Shown: in pieces, positions 19,628 to 29,358 of the stretch
Layout: every line of letters starts with the position of its first letter
Position numbering within the stretch: the stretch's first letter is position 1
Assembly (NCBI GenBank): GCA_016861085.1
Contig: BOKR01000001.1
Coordinates: 579,271-643,270, forward strand
Origin: Patescibacteria group bacterium
GTDB taxonomy: Bacteria; Patescibacteriota; Microgenomatia; UBA1400; PJMF01
Direction of reading: 5' to 3'
Length of the DNA stretch: 64,000 nucleotides
Made by a program: the position numbers and the translations under genes
Notes under the pieces: model-generated
The model's database searches: none
What the model was told of the DNA's origin: nothing
Seen by the model: the letters and a program-made list of their open reading frames with translations, nothing else

Positions 19628-21039
19628 TTCTCTTTAGGCATCACTACCTTGATATGCAATTCTGTCAATTGTTTTTCAGAAACTTCTGCAGGAGCATCCA
19701 TAACTGCTGTTTTTCCAGACGCTGTCATAGGAAACGCTATAGCTTCTCTCAGTGAAGTTTCTCCTGCTAATAACATTACAAGACGATCTAGGCCTAATGC
19801 AATACCTCCATGTGGAGGGGTTCCAACTTCAAACGCTTCAAGCATATGCCCAATCCCAGACTGAATTTCTTCCTCACTGTACCCCATGATCTTAAACGTT
19901 GCTTTCAAAACATCAGCCCTATGAGCGCGAATACTTCCACCTCCAGCTTCATAGCCATTACAGACTAGGTCATATTGAGCAGTAACAATTTTTTCAATAG
20001 ACTCACCTTTCAAATGCTGTTCAACATGTTCTGGGATCGGAGTAGAAAATGGATTATGAGTAAATGTCCAGCCACTCTTACCATCGGCTACTTCTGCTGC
20101 ATCAGCAGTGTCGACTTTTTTGAAAAATGGAAAGCTAACAACCCAAGCAAAAGCTAGAACACCAGCTTCTTTTTCTTGTTCTGTTCTCAAATCAAACTTA
20201 TCGGCACCAAATTTTTTGATTGCTTCCTCATAAGTAAAAACTGGGAATGTTTCGTCTTTTAGTTTGCCACCAACAGCCTTCACAGCAGACTTTGTCATTT
20301 CTTCAACAGTTTGCATTACATCCTTTTGTTCAACAAAACTCATTTCAATATCAAGTTGGGTAAATTCAAAACCTCTATCAGCACGTAAGTCTTCATCACG
20401 AATACAACGGGCTACTTGAAAATAATTCTCAACCCCAGCAGTCATCAATAATTGTTTATATTGTTGTGGGCTCTGAGGAAGTGCATAAAATTTTCCAGGA
20501 TTAAATCTAGAAGGCACAATAAAATCACGAGCACCTTCCTTTGTTGCTAAAGTAAGCAGCGGAGTTTCAACCTCAACAAATTCCTGTTTGAACAAATATT
20601 CTCGAAATGCTTGAATTAACTTTGAGCGCATTCGCAAAGTTTTTCTCATTCTTTCGCGGCGTAAGTCAAGATAACGATATTTTAGACGAACTTCTTCTTT
20701 AATTTCATACCCATCACCGTCCACTTGAATTGGTAACTCTTTTGCCTTGTTCAAAATGGTATATTCCTTGACTTCGATTTCCACTGTGCCAGTTTCTGAG
20801 TCTTTGTTAACCATTCTTTCCGGTCTAGCTTTTACCAAACCTGTGATAGAAACAACAGACTCCGGGGTTAGATCACCCATCATTTGAAAACCTACACATT
20901 GAACAGATCCAGTGTAATCTCTAACATCTACAAAGGTAATTTTTCCATGATCACGTTTTGTTGCAACCCAACCTTTTAATACAACAGTTTCACCAATTAA
21001 TTTAGGTGTACTACTAATTACTGTACGTTCCTCTAACAT
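19624..21039 (-). CDS. aspS: Aspartate--tRNA ligase, bacterial type lacking most of the GAD domain
   Basis: RDHG, RLKYRYLDLRR, LPQSPQQYKQLLM, RDEDLRADR, PPHGGIALGLDRL. Confidence 0.96.
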   Translation of the reverse strand: MLEERTVISSTPKLIGETVVLKGWVATKRDHGKITFVDVRDYTGSVQCVGFQMMGDLTPESVVSITGLVKARPERMVNKDSETGTVEIEVKEYTILNKAKELPIQVDGDGYEIKEEVRLKYRYLDLRRERMRKTLRMRSKLIQAFREYLFKQEFVEVETPLLTLATKEGARDFIVPSRFNPGKFYALPQSPQQYKQLLMTAGVENYFQVARCIRDEDLRADRGFEFTQLDIEMSFVEQKDVMQTVEEMTKSAVKAVGGKLKDETFPVFTYEEAIKKFGADKFDLRTEQEKEAGVLAFAWVVSFPFFKKVDTADAAEVADGKSGWTFTHNPFSTPIPEHVEQHLKGESIEKIVTAQYDLVCNGYEAGGGSIRAHRADVLKATFKIMGYSEEEIQSGIGHMLEAFEVGTPPHGGIALGLDRLVMLLAGETSLREAIAFPMTASGKTAVMDAPAEVSEKQLTELHIKVVMPKEK

Positions 21040-21061
21040 ACTTCTCCTTACTTGAAGGCAT

Positions 21062-21230
21062 AAAAAAACACGCCATAGCCTTCTATAATACTAGAAAGGG
21101 CTTTTTGACGTGTATCTAAAAGCGGTGCCACCTTTTCTCTATCTTCATTCCTGCTATTACGGGCATACCCGGCTTTTTACAGCTGCGCGGTTATAAACAC
21201 TTCTCTGTTGTCAGCAGATCTTGGGCGCAT
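21062..21230 (-). promoter_or_regulatory. T-box riboswitch (Asp) with antiterminator/terminator
   Basis: AAGG-UGGCACC-GC T-box bulge (21122-21134); helices AGAAAAGG/CCUUUCU and GCUUUU/AAAAGC; overlapping terminator ACACGUCA..UGGCGUGU-U tract; upstream of aspS. Confidence 0.85.
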
Positions 21231-21286
21231 TTATATATTTATATTGTATACCAAAGAAGTTAAAAGTATAAGCAGAGATTTTACAA

Positions 21287-22966
21287 CTATTTAGCCTTTA
21301 TATCTCTAATAATTACTTGCGGAAACTGTTTATTTCTCCATTCATTAATGTCTACTGTCCCTACAATTGTAACTGTATCTCCAACCTTCAACTGAGAATA
21401 GTGTCCATTCATTCTCCACCCTAAACAATCAAAAGCTGGCGTCATCTCATCGGTGCTACTACAAACTCTCAGCTTAATATGCTCTTTATCTTTACCAATA
21501 CTTTTTATCTCCTGAATAGTCAGGTCACTTATTTCAAAAACAGGTTGTGGATTTTTCATACCATATGGAGCAAATACTAAGAGAGCAACAACAGTATCTG
21601 CAGAAACTAAAGAAACAGGAATCTGACAGTCAATTGCAAGTGACTTTTCTAAGTGCTCTTTAGATATTGATTCTTTGGCTATCTCAAACAGGCGCATTTT
21701 AATCGTGTCCAGGTTTTCTGGCAAAAAACTAAACCCTGCTGCCATTGGGTGTCCACCCACACTAACAAGTTCCTGCTTTATTTCTCTAAGCATATCGACA
21801 ATATTTACCCCAAAAACCGACCGAGCCGAAGCCTTTGCCAAACCAGCATCTCTGGTAATTGCGATAGCTGGTTTGTGAAATTTTTCTACTAATCCACCCG
21901 CAATCAGCCCCAGAATTCCCTCATGAAATTCTTCAGAAAAAACAATAAGTATGTGCTCTTCTGCAAGTTGTTCTGCCTGCAGTTGGGCCAAGTCAAGCAT
22001 TTGCTTAGTCATATCTTGTCGTGACACGTTTGTATCATTCAACACAGTGGCCAAATCTTCTGCCTGTTTTTTGTTTCTCGTACACAACAATCGCAAAGCA
22101 TCAAGACCATGCTCAAGTCTCCCCATAGCATTAATTCTTGGTGCAATTACAAACCCAACCGTCCCCTCTGAAATTTCGCTTTGAACAATTCCGGCAGCTT
22201 TACAAAGCGCACTGATGCCAACGTTATTACTCACTTGTAAAGCATTGATACCAAACTTCGCAAAGCTTCTGTTGGCACCAAGTAGTGGTACTTGATCAGC
22301 AATTGTTGCAATGCCGGCAAGATCTAAAAGTTGTGAGGCTAGTTTTAAATCTAGTGCTCGAGCCAGCATCCACGCTACTGTCGCTCCACATAGTTGTGTT
22401 GTATGCACTACACAGTTAGCACTAGGAAAAATTGGTTTTTCTTCAATATATTCTGGTTGATGATGATCTGTTAAAACTACTGCTATGCCTTTTTGTCTTG
22501 CATACGCAATTGCTTCATGAGCCACAACACCGTTATCAACTGTGATAATAATTTTTGGGTCATGAGACTCAATAATTTCCTCAATTGCTGTTTGAGAGAT
22601 ACCATATCCATGTTTTTCCCTATGGGGGATAAAAGGAACTGGGTGATTCAGCCCTTCGGGATGCTCAATCTTGTAAAGTTTAAACAAGACTTGCCATAAG
22701 ATAGCGCTGGCACAAATTCCATCGACATCATAGTCACCAAAAATAACAATCTTTTCATCATCAATAATCGCTTTTTTGATAAAAGCAACAGCAGCCGTAA
22801 ACTGTTTTGTATCAAAACCGACGGCCTTGTTCTTTAATTTTTCCGGATGCATTGGATTCAAAAACTCCTCTATAGCACTTTTTGGGATTCCTCGATTTTC
22901 AAGTATGATTTCTGTAAGCTGCTTCGTATTTTCTGGAATCTTTTCAGATTTCTTATTCCATTTCAT
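21287..22966 (-). CDS. recJ: Single-stranded DNA exonuclease RecJ
   Basis: GDYDVDG, TVDNG, TDHH, IADQVPL, APRINAMGRL, GGHPMAAG. Confidence 0.96.
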   Translation of the reverse strand: MKWNKKSEKIPENTKQLTEIILENRGIPKSAIEEFLNPMHPEKLKNKAVGFDTKQFTAAVAFIKKAIIDDEKIVIFGDYDVDGICASAILWQVLFKLYKIEHPEGLNHPVPFIPHREKHGYGISQTAIEEIIESHDPKIIITVDNGVVAHEAIAYARQKGIAVVLTDHHQPEYIEEKPIFPSANCVVHTTQLCGATVAWMLARALDLKLASQLLDLAGIATIADQVPLLGANRSFAKFGINALQVSNNVGISALCKAAGIVQSEISEGTVGFVIAPRINAMGRLEHGLDALRLLCTRNKKQAEDLATVLNDTNVSRQDMTKQMLDLAQLQAEQLAEEHILIVFSEEFHEGILGLIAGGLVEKFHKPAIAITRDAGLAKASARSVFGVNIVDMLREIKQELVSVGGHPMAAGFSFLPENLDTIKMRLFEIAKESISKEHLEKSLAIDCQIPVSLVSADTVVALLVFAPYGMKNPQPVFEISDLTIQEIKSIGKDKEHIKLRVCSSTDEMTPAFDCLGWRMNGHYSQLKVGDTVTIVGTVDINEWRNKQFPQVIIRDIKAK

Positions 22967-23044
22967 ATAAGTACTATACCACTAGCTAATAGTTTTGCTG
23001 CTATTGATACACCTGCGTCTTCCCTGGTACAATGTGCCCATACT

Positions 23045-24607
23045 ATGCTTGAATCACAAACAATTTCTGTCTCAGTTGAAGCACTCTACATTTTATACGT
23101 ACTTCAAAAAAATGGCTTTGAAGGCTATATGGTTGGTGGGGCAGTTCGTGACACACTCATTACTGTTTCATCACTTTCAGCAGCTGATTATGACTTTACT
23201 ACCAATGCAAAACCAGAACAAATTCAAAAGATCTTTCCCGAACATTTTTATGAAAATATCTATGGAACAGTAGGAGTTGCTCGTGAACACTTGCTTGAAC
23301 AAATGGATAGACAGAATGCATCTCAACTACTTGAATCAGCTAATAGAGAAAAGTCAGTTATTGATTTGGACACAGCAACAAAAATCCATGAATCGTTGCA
23401 AAAAAAATCGCTAGAAAGTGAAAACCAACAAACACAACCAAAGGATATTTACGAGATTACCACTTTTAGGTCTGACGGTACCTATGCTGATCATCGTCGT
23501 CCCGACCAAGTAACTTGGGGAAATTCTCTTAAAGAAGATCTAGACCGTCGCGACTTTACTATTAATGCGTTAGCAATTCAAGTGAAACTGTCAGTACTAG
23601 AAAAAATTAATTATAGTACTGCACCTGATGTAATAACTATAGCACCAAGCGATTATACAGTTATAGATCTTCATGATGGTATTCTTGATCTCACCAATCA
23701 GGTCATAAAAACTGTTGGTGACCCAAACAGACGTTTTTCTGAAGATGCCCTAAGGATGCTACGTGCTATTCGTTTCAGCGTACAACTAAACATGAAAATT
23801 GAGAAAAGTACGTTTGAGGCTATTGTGACCAATGCACAGTTACTCAAACATGTTAGTTTTGAAAGAATTCGAGATGAATTCTTAAAGATGCTCAAAAGTA
23901 ACTTCCCCAAAGAAGCAATCCTCATGTTAGACGAAACCGGATTACTCAAATATATTTTGCCTGAACTATTAGATGGTAAAGGAGTAAACCAAGGAGGTCA
24001 TCATACAACCGATGTATGGACCCACAACCTTGACGCAATCGCCAACTGCCCATCAAAAGATCCTATTGTTCGTCTAGCAACCTTACTGCATGACATTGCC
24101 AAACCTCATACGTACAAAGAAACCGATAACAAACCAACCTTTTATAATCATGAAATTATTGGTTCTCGGATAGCAAAACAGATAGCCCAGAGATTAAAAC
24201 TATCAAAACGTGACATTGAGAGAATATTTTTGTTGGTGCGGTATCACATGTTTTATTACCAACCGGAACACACAGATGCATCTATCCGAAGATTTATGCG
24301 AAAAGTGGGTCTAGAAAATATTAATGATATATTGGACTTACGTGAAGCAGATCGTTTGGGCAGTGGTGCTCGAAAAACAAGTTGGAGACTTGAAGAGATG
24401 AAAGAACGCATGATTGCACAACTGCATCAGCCGTTTGCTATCACTGACATGGCTATTAATGGCCATGACCTAATGGACAATCTGCAACTAACACCAGGGC
24501 CAAAATTGGGAGAAGTTCTTAACAAACTTTTTGAGCTTGTTTTGGAAAATCCAGAATTAAACACAAAAGCAACATTGCTTACTGAAGCAAAAAAACTACT
24601 CTCTTAG
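23045..24607 (+). CDS. cca: CCA tRNA nucleotidyltransferase with HD domain
   Basis: VGGAVRD, DYDFTT, EITTFR, RRDFTINA, EDALRMLRA, LLHDIAK; ATG at 23045 avoids overlap with recJ. Confidence 0.93.
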   Translation: MLESQTISVSVEALYILYVLQKNGFEGYMVGGAVRDTLITVSSLSAADYDFTTNAKPEQIQKIFPEHFYENIYGTVGVAREHLLEQMDRQNASQLLESANREKSVIDLDTATKIHESLQKKSLESENQQTQPKDIYEITTFRSDGTYADHRRPDQVTWGNSLKEDLDRRDFTINALAIQVKLSVLEKINYSTAPDVITIAPSDYTVIDLHDGILDLTNQVIKTVGDPNRRFSEDALRMLRAIRFSVQLNMKIEKSTFEAIVTNAQLLKHVSFERIRDEFLKMLKSNFPKEAILMLDETGLLKYILPELLDGKGVNQGGHHTTDVWTHNLDAIANCPSKDPIVRLATLLHDIAKPHTYKETDNKPTFYNHEIIGSRIAKQIAQRLKLSKRDIERIFLLVRYHMFYYQPEHTDASIRRFMRKVGLENINDILDLREADRLGSGARKTSWRLEEMKERMIAQLHQPFAITDMAINGHDLMDNLQLTPGPKLGEVLNKLFELVLENPELNTKATLLTEAKKLLS

Positions 24608-25093
24608 TGCTTTTTGCAGTTTCACAAGTGCTAGCATATGGTCAAAAGCTACGTTATCTGGTAATGCATTAAGATCAAACCACTTTGATTCAGTAATTTC
24701 TTTTCCATCAACCTGCATCTCACCAGAAAAGATTCTTGAAACAAAATACATATCTACCACCTGATTTTTGGCTTTATTATTTGGATTTGAAAAGACAGAA
24801 AAAAACTCAAGATGATCAGGATCAACTATAAGACCAGTTTCCTCTAAAAGTTCTCTAGCGGTTCCTTCTTCTAATGTTTCATCCCAACCAATGTATCCAC
24901 CAGGGATATCCCAAAATCCTTTATCAGGCTCTTCACCTCTTTTTACCAACAATACTGAATTTTCTTTTATTAATAGCGCATTTACAGCCATTGTTCTTGA
25001 GTTAAACCTACCACATGTCCTACAGTACTCACCTTTAGGAATTTTCCCTACCGGATTATGTAACCATTCTTCATGTTGTTCTTGAGTTATCAT
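24596..25093 (-). CDS. NUDIX hydrolase with N-terminal CxxC
   Basis: PGG..GWDETLEEGTARELLEETGL Nudix box; AFDH C-terminus. Confidence 0.92.
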   Translation of the reverse strand: MITQEQHEEWLHNPVGKIPKGEYCRTCGRFNSRTMAVNALLIKENSVLLVKRGEEPDKGFWDIPGGYIGWDETLEEGTARELLEETGLIVDPDHLEFFSVFSNPNNKAKNQVVDMYFVSRIFSGEMQVDGKEITESKWFDLNALPDNVAFDHMLALVKLQKALRE

Positions 25094-25965
25094 TTTTTTG
25101 ACTTCTTTTTGGCAACAATATCATCCCACAATAATAGTAAAGGAGCAGCTGTAAATGTAGAAGAGTATGTACCAGTGATCGCACCAATTAACAAAGCCAC
25201 TGCAAACCAGCGAATTGTCGTGCCACCAAGTAAGGACAATGCAGCAAGCATAACGATAATTGTCACTGAGTTATTGATAGAACGACTCAACGTTTCCACA
25301 ACCGCCATGTTTACGACCATCTTGAAATCAGTACCACCGTGCTTGCGTTTAAGCTCTCTGATTCTGTCGTAAACAACAATAGTATCGTGAACTGAGAATG
25401 AGAGTGTTGTTAGTAGTGCTGTAACGAATAATACATCGACCTGAACACCAAAAAAGTGACCTAACAAACTGAATGAACCAAGTAGCACTAAAGAGTCATG
25501 AAACATTGCCAAGATAGCACTCACACCATATTTAAGCTCACTAAACTGTCTCCAAACATACATTGTAATTATGCTCGCCACAAGTAACAAAGCTGTCAAT
25601 GTTTTGAGTAGTAACTCCTTGCTTAATGTTGGACCAACTGATTCAAATCTCAGCTCCTGTACCTCACCAATATTCTCAGTGAGCTTGCCAAGAGCAATAA
25701 CCTTTGTTTCATTTGCGATATCAACTCCTTCAACGACAAATCTGTTTTCTTCAGTTTCTTGAACTTGTTGCACCTGATATACTCCAGAAATAATTTCTTG
25801 TATTTTTTCTTTTGAAACATCCTGTTTTGCTGTAATTTCTAAAAGAGAACCACCTACAAAATCAATTGAGGGTTTGAATCCAAAAAACAATAATGAAAAA
25901 ATACAAGGAATGAGTACGAGCAAGGAAATAGCAAAATATACAGTACGGAATCTCATTATGTTCAT
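25090..25965 (-). CDS. secF: Protein translocase subunit SecF
   Basis: IDFVGG, VGPTLSKEL, HDTIVVYDRIRE, GTYSS. Confidence 0.96.
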   Translation of the reverse strand: MNIMRFRTVYFAISLLVLIPCIFSLLFFGFKPSIDFVGGSLLEITAKQDVSKEKIQEIISGVYQVQQVQETEENRFVVEGVDIANETKVIALGKLTENIGEVQELRFESVGPTLSKELLLKTLTALLLVASIITMYVWRQFSELKYGVSAILAMFHDSLVLLGSFSLLGHFFGVQVDVLFVTALLTTLSFSVHDTIVVYDRIRELKRKHGGTDFKMVVNMAVVETLSRSINNSVTIIVMLAALSLLGGTTIRWFAVALLIGAITGTYSSTFTAAPLLLLWDDIVAKKKSKK

Positions 25966-27347
25966 GATTTGTCACCTTTCAAAAACAGTCGCATGAGCGT
26001 TCTCGTCACTAACACCCCAGTAAATAACGATAGTAAAACACCAAGAAGTAAAGTTATTCCAAATCCCCGAACCAACCCTCCGCTACTTAAAAATGAGAAC
26101 TCCATCGGATTTATCAAAATGAGAGCAGTAATAATAGTTGCCAAATTTGCGTCCTTTATACTATCCCAAGCTCGACCAAATCCAAGCTCGAGTGCAACGT
26201 TAAATGGTTTATTTAAGCGCAACTCCTCTTTCATACGCTCGAAAATAAGGATATTGGAATCAACTGCCATACCAACGGAAAGCAGCAATCCGGCAATTCC
26301 AGGAAGTGTGAGCGTTACCCCAATAATTTTATACAACGCCACAGTTAAGATTGCATAAATAGTCAGAGCAATACTAGCGATCACTCCTTTAGCCCCATAG
26401 TACAAAATCATAAAGAGCATAACTAAACCAATGCCAACAATACCTGCAAACATACTCTTTTGCACTGACTCTTGCCCAAGTGTGGCATTCACATTTCTTT
26501 GCTCCAAAACCTTGATTGGGACTGGCAAAGCACCGGCATTTAATTGAATTTTTAAATTTTGAGCTTCTTCAAATGAAAAACTACCAGTAATAGTAGCCTG
26601 TCCAGTAACAATTGCATCTTGGATTGTAGGAGCCATAATTGGATATCCATCTATTAATATTGCTAGCTGTTCACCAACATGGTTTGAGGTAATATCGGCA
26701 AATAGTTCTCTCCCCTCATCATTGAATTCAATTGCAACGAGTGGCTCACCAGTCTGTGGGTCTGACTGTACAATGGCGCGTTTTAATTGTGCACCAGTCA
26801 ACCCTGTTGGTATAAGTACCGCTTGTGCTGTTGGAGTTGCTTCTTGATCGACCAAGACCCCATCTTCCGCAATTGGAAAAGTTTCTACCCCAAGCAGTTG
26901 AAATTCCAGCTGAGCAGTCTGACCAACTAACAATAGTGCGTCTTCCGGGTTATCAATTCCCGGTAATTCAACAATAATTCTATAGCTTTCATCTTTAACG
27001 ACTGTTTTGACCGTTGGTTCGGCCAGTCCATACATGTCTACTCTTCGTAAAATAATTTCGCGGGCAGCCGACAGTGCTTCTTGACGATCATCTATGCCAA
27101 TAGCACTCATGTCAGCTTCAAGTACAATCTGGATACCTCCTTGAATATCAAGGCCTCGTTTTAGTTCAAATTCTTTATAATATTGCTTACCAAAAAGATT
27201 AAAATCAATCACCGGGCTTGTAAGTGTATATGAAATTTCTCTATTGAATAGTTTGAAGTTGATTGGTAGTTCTTTTGGAAGGGCAATAATTCCAGCAACT
27301 GCCACAATTGCAACAATCAGTAAAAAACGGTTCACATGCTTTCTCAT
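25962..27347 (-). CDS. secD: Protein translocase subunit SecD
   Basis: GLDIQGG, IVELPG, LNAGALPVP, GMAVDSNILIFER. Confidence 0.96.
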   Translation of the reverse strand: MRKHVNRFLLIVAIVAVAGIIALPKELPINFKLFNREISYTLTSPVIDFNLFGKQYYKEFELKRGLDIQGGIQIVLEADMSAIGIDDRQEALSAAREIILRRVDMYGLAEPTVKTVVKDESYRIIVELPGIDNPEDALLLVGQTAQLEFQLLGVETFPIAEDGVLVDQEATPTAQAVLIPTGLTGAQLKRAIVQSDPQTGEPLVAIEFNDEGRELFADITSNHVGEQLAILIDGYPIMAPTIQDAIVTGQATITGSFSFEEAQNLKIQLNAGALPVPIKVLEQRNVNATLGQESVQKSMFAGIVGIGLVMLFMILYYGAKGVIASIALTIYAILTVALYKIIGVTLTLPGIAGLLLSVGMAVDSNILIFERMKEELRLNKPFNVALELGFGRAWDSIKDANLATIITALILINPMEFSFLSSGGLVRGFGITLLLGVLLSLFTGVLVTRTLMRLFLKGDKS

Positions 27348-27370
27348 TAGAAATTGACCTTGCTAAGTTC

Positions 27371-27970
27371 TTACACCCCCGGCAGATTTTTTTCAACAAA
27401 TTCTTCTTCACTACCAATAACCATAACACGGCTTCCATAGAGGACATCCATGATGAACGGATCTCTGCGGGTTTTCCTAAACTCAAACTCATCATCACTG
27501 AAAACCGCATAGTTTATTTCTCTGCCAATTCTGGCTTCTTCTTGTTTCACTAATTGATCTAACTCTGGCAAAACAATGTCTCCTACAACTAACAAATCGA
27601 CTTCACTTTGCCGTGGAGCTAAACCTTTAATGAAACGAGCTGAAAACATCACAAATGTTACGTTTCCTAGTTTTCGACGTGCTTTGCGAATCTTATCGCC
27701 TAAACCTGTATTTTTGGCAACCATTTGTTGCAATTCTTGAAAAAACAAGTACTTTGAGTTAAGGGAATAATACAACCTATTACCACGCTGCTCACTTTTA
27801 AGTATGCCCGAAGTTAACATTCGATCGAGCTCACGCCTCACAGCATTTATCTCTTCTTTGATTTCTCTGGTGATTTCACGAACGTAATACATTTCGTTCT
27901 GGTGAGTGAAGAACATTTCGATCATCTTAACCCTCACCTTTGAAATCATGAAATCTTGTAAGCTATTCAT
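27371..27970 (-). CDS. Winged-helix protein with degenerate nucleotidyltransferase-like C-terminal domain
   Basis: SKVRVK, YVREITR..EEINAVRREL, GNRLYY; VDLLVVG...GREINY. Confidence 0.75.
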   Translation of the reverse strand: MNSLQDFMISKVRVKMIEMFFTHQNEMYYVREITREIKEEINAVRRELDRMLTSGILKSEQRGNRLYYSLNSKYLFFQELQQMVAKNTGLGDKIRKARRKLGNVTFVMFSARFIKGLAPRQSEVDLLVVGDIVLPELDQLVKQEEARIGREINYAVFSDDEFEFRKTRRDPFIMDVLYGSRVMVIGSEEEFVEKNLPGV

Positions 27971-27972
27971 AT

Positions 27973-29208
27973 TTAATAGGTAACCTCTGTATCTGTATCT
28001 AATACTGAAATCCAGGTTAACCCTCTCGCAAATTTAATTGGATCACCTTTTCTGTCACTAAAGACTAGCTCTGATTCTCTTGTTGGCTTTGACCAAGTTG
28101 CTTTAACAACTTCACCATTCAAGAAAACTAATGCGTTTCCTGTACCAGTTGTGGTATACAGCATATGTTTAAGCTCGTCAATCGGACCCTTTTCTGTTGT
28201 GAGCAGAACAATAACATTAGCTGCCTCAATTTGCTTATCATTATTTAAATCAATATGCGATTCACCAGCCATTTTTCTTTTATAGGTATTTGTTTCGGCA
28301 ACATACTCCCACTCAACCCCATAATCACTCCAGCCGTTCCAAAATTCATAACTGATAGTTGTGGTAGTTCCTGGCTTTGGAGCTTCCTCTTGGTATGACC
28401 AACCCTTATACGTTTCATTCCAATCATCTCCACCCAAGCTTTTTCTTCCAATGGTTCGCTTTGGAGCAATATTTGTCCAATCTCTATCCTCGGCTACTTC
28501 CCATAGAGCTTCTGTTGTCGTCTCCATAGTGTGTTCTGTAGCGACATCTTTTCCAGTTCTGCTTGCGTTTCTAACGAAAGTTGGATACCCAATTGAGAAT
28601 TGATTCAAGTCGTTCTCAAGGTTCCAACCATAGTCTGCAATCTGTCCGAGTGCATTAGCTGGACCTGGAAGGTTCGCTCCTCCAACATGAACATATAATG
28701 GATAATTAAATCCTGAAGCCCAGTCAACAAAATAACTCCTTGCTGACCGTACCGGGGCTACTGTAGTGTCATACTTTTGAACTCCACAGTAATACATCGC
28801 CATAAAACGAGTAACTCCACCTTCGGCTAACGCCTCAAATACCATATCAGCATCTGAAAGTCCAGATTGTGGTCGAGCATCTGGTGAGTTTTCAATCATA
28901 ATTGCCAGAGGACGTCTCTTTGCCCATGCTTGTTGCTCAGTTTTAGTATAGAGTTTTCCATTGAGTGGACATTCTTGATCTTTTGGTTCAGAAGGATCAA
29001 TCTGCAGTAACAATGCTAATTTTGTTTGCTCTTCCTCAACTAAATCTTCGGTAGTTTTTTTAGTTCCGTCAGAAACTAAAATATCTTGAATAAACCCTGT
29101 CCCAGAGAGAAATGAAAACGTCGCATATGACAAAACTGACGAAGCAATATATAACCCTAGTGTAAATAATAATATTTGTTTATTCATTATTCCTTTCAAA
29201 TTCTCCAC
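27973..29208 (-). CDS. DUF3048 family exported protein
   Basis: RPLAIMIEN..DARPQSGL, EGGVTRF, PVRSAR, HVGG. Confidence 0.88.
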   Translation of the reverse strand: MENLKGIMNKQILLFTLGLYIASSVLSYATFSFLSGTGFIQDILVSDGTKKTTEDLVEEEQTKLALLLQIDPSEPKDQECPLNGKLYTKTEQQAWAKRRPLAIMIENSPDARPQSGLSDADMVFEALAEGGVTRFMAMYYCGVQKYDTTVAPVRSARSYFVDWASGFNYPLYVHVGGANLPGPANALGQIADYGWNLENDLNQFSIGYPTFVRNASRTGKDVATEHTMETTTEALWEVAEDRDWTNIAPKRTIGRKSLGGDDWNETYKGWSYQEEAPKPGTTTTISYEFWNGWSDYGVEWEYVAETNTYKRKMAGESHIDLNNDKQIEAANVIVLLTTEKGPIDELKHMLYTTTGTGNALVFLNGEVVKATWSKPTRESELVFSDRKGDPIKFARGLTWISVLDTDTEVTY

Positions 29209-29220
29209 AGAACCTCAAGT

Positions 29221-29358
29221 TTACCTCATATATAAAAATATAGAAAGTAACACAACAAACACAACTGCGGTAACTATTAGTGTCTTTCCTAAATCTTTAT
29301 ATAATAAGTTTACCTGAGTTTCTGAAAAAACTGTAGTTTTAGTTTTTTGTTTAGCCAT
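29221..29358 (-). CDS. Small single-TM protein (45 aa), not in the ORF track
   Basis: MAKQKTKTTVFSETQVNLLYKDLGKTLIVTAVVFVVLLSIFLYMR; ATG overlaps the rseP end and fills the gap to DUF3048. Confidence 0.7.
   Translation of the reverse strand: MAKQKTKTTVFSETQVNLLYKDLGKTLIVTAVVFVVLLSIFLYMR

Noticed and set aside
22847..23044. N-terminal extension of cca overlapping recJ
   Set aside because: Homology starts at the ATG at 23045; the extension overlaps a divergent gene
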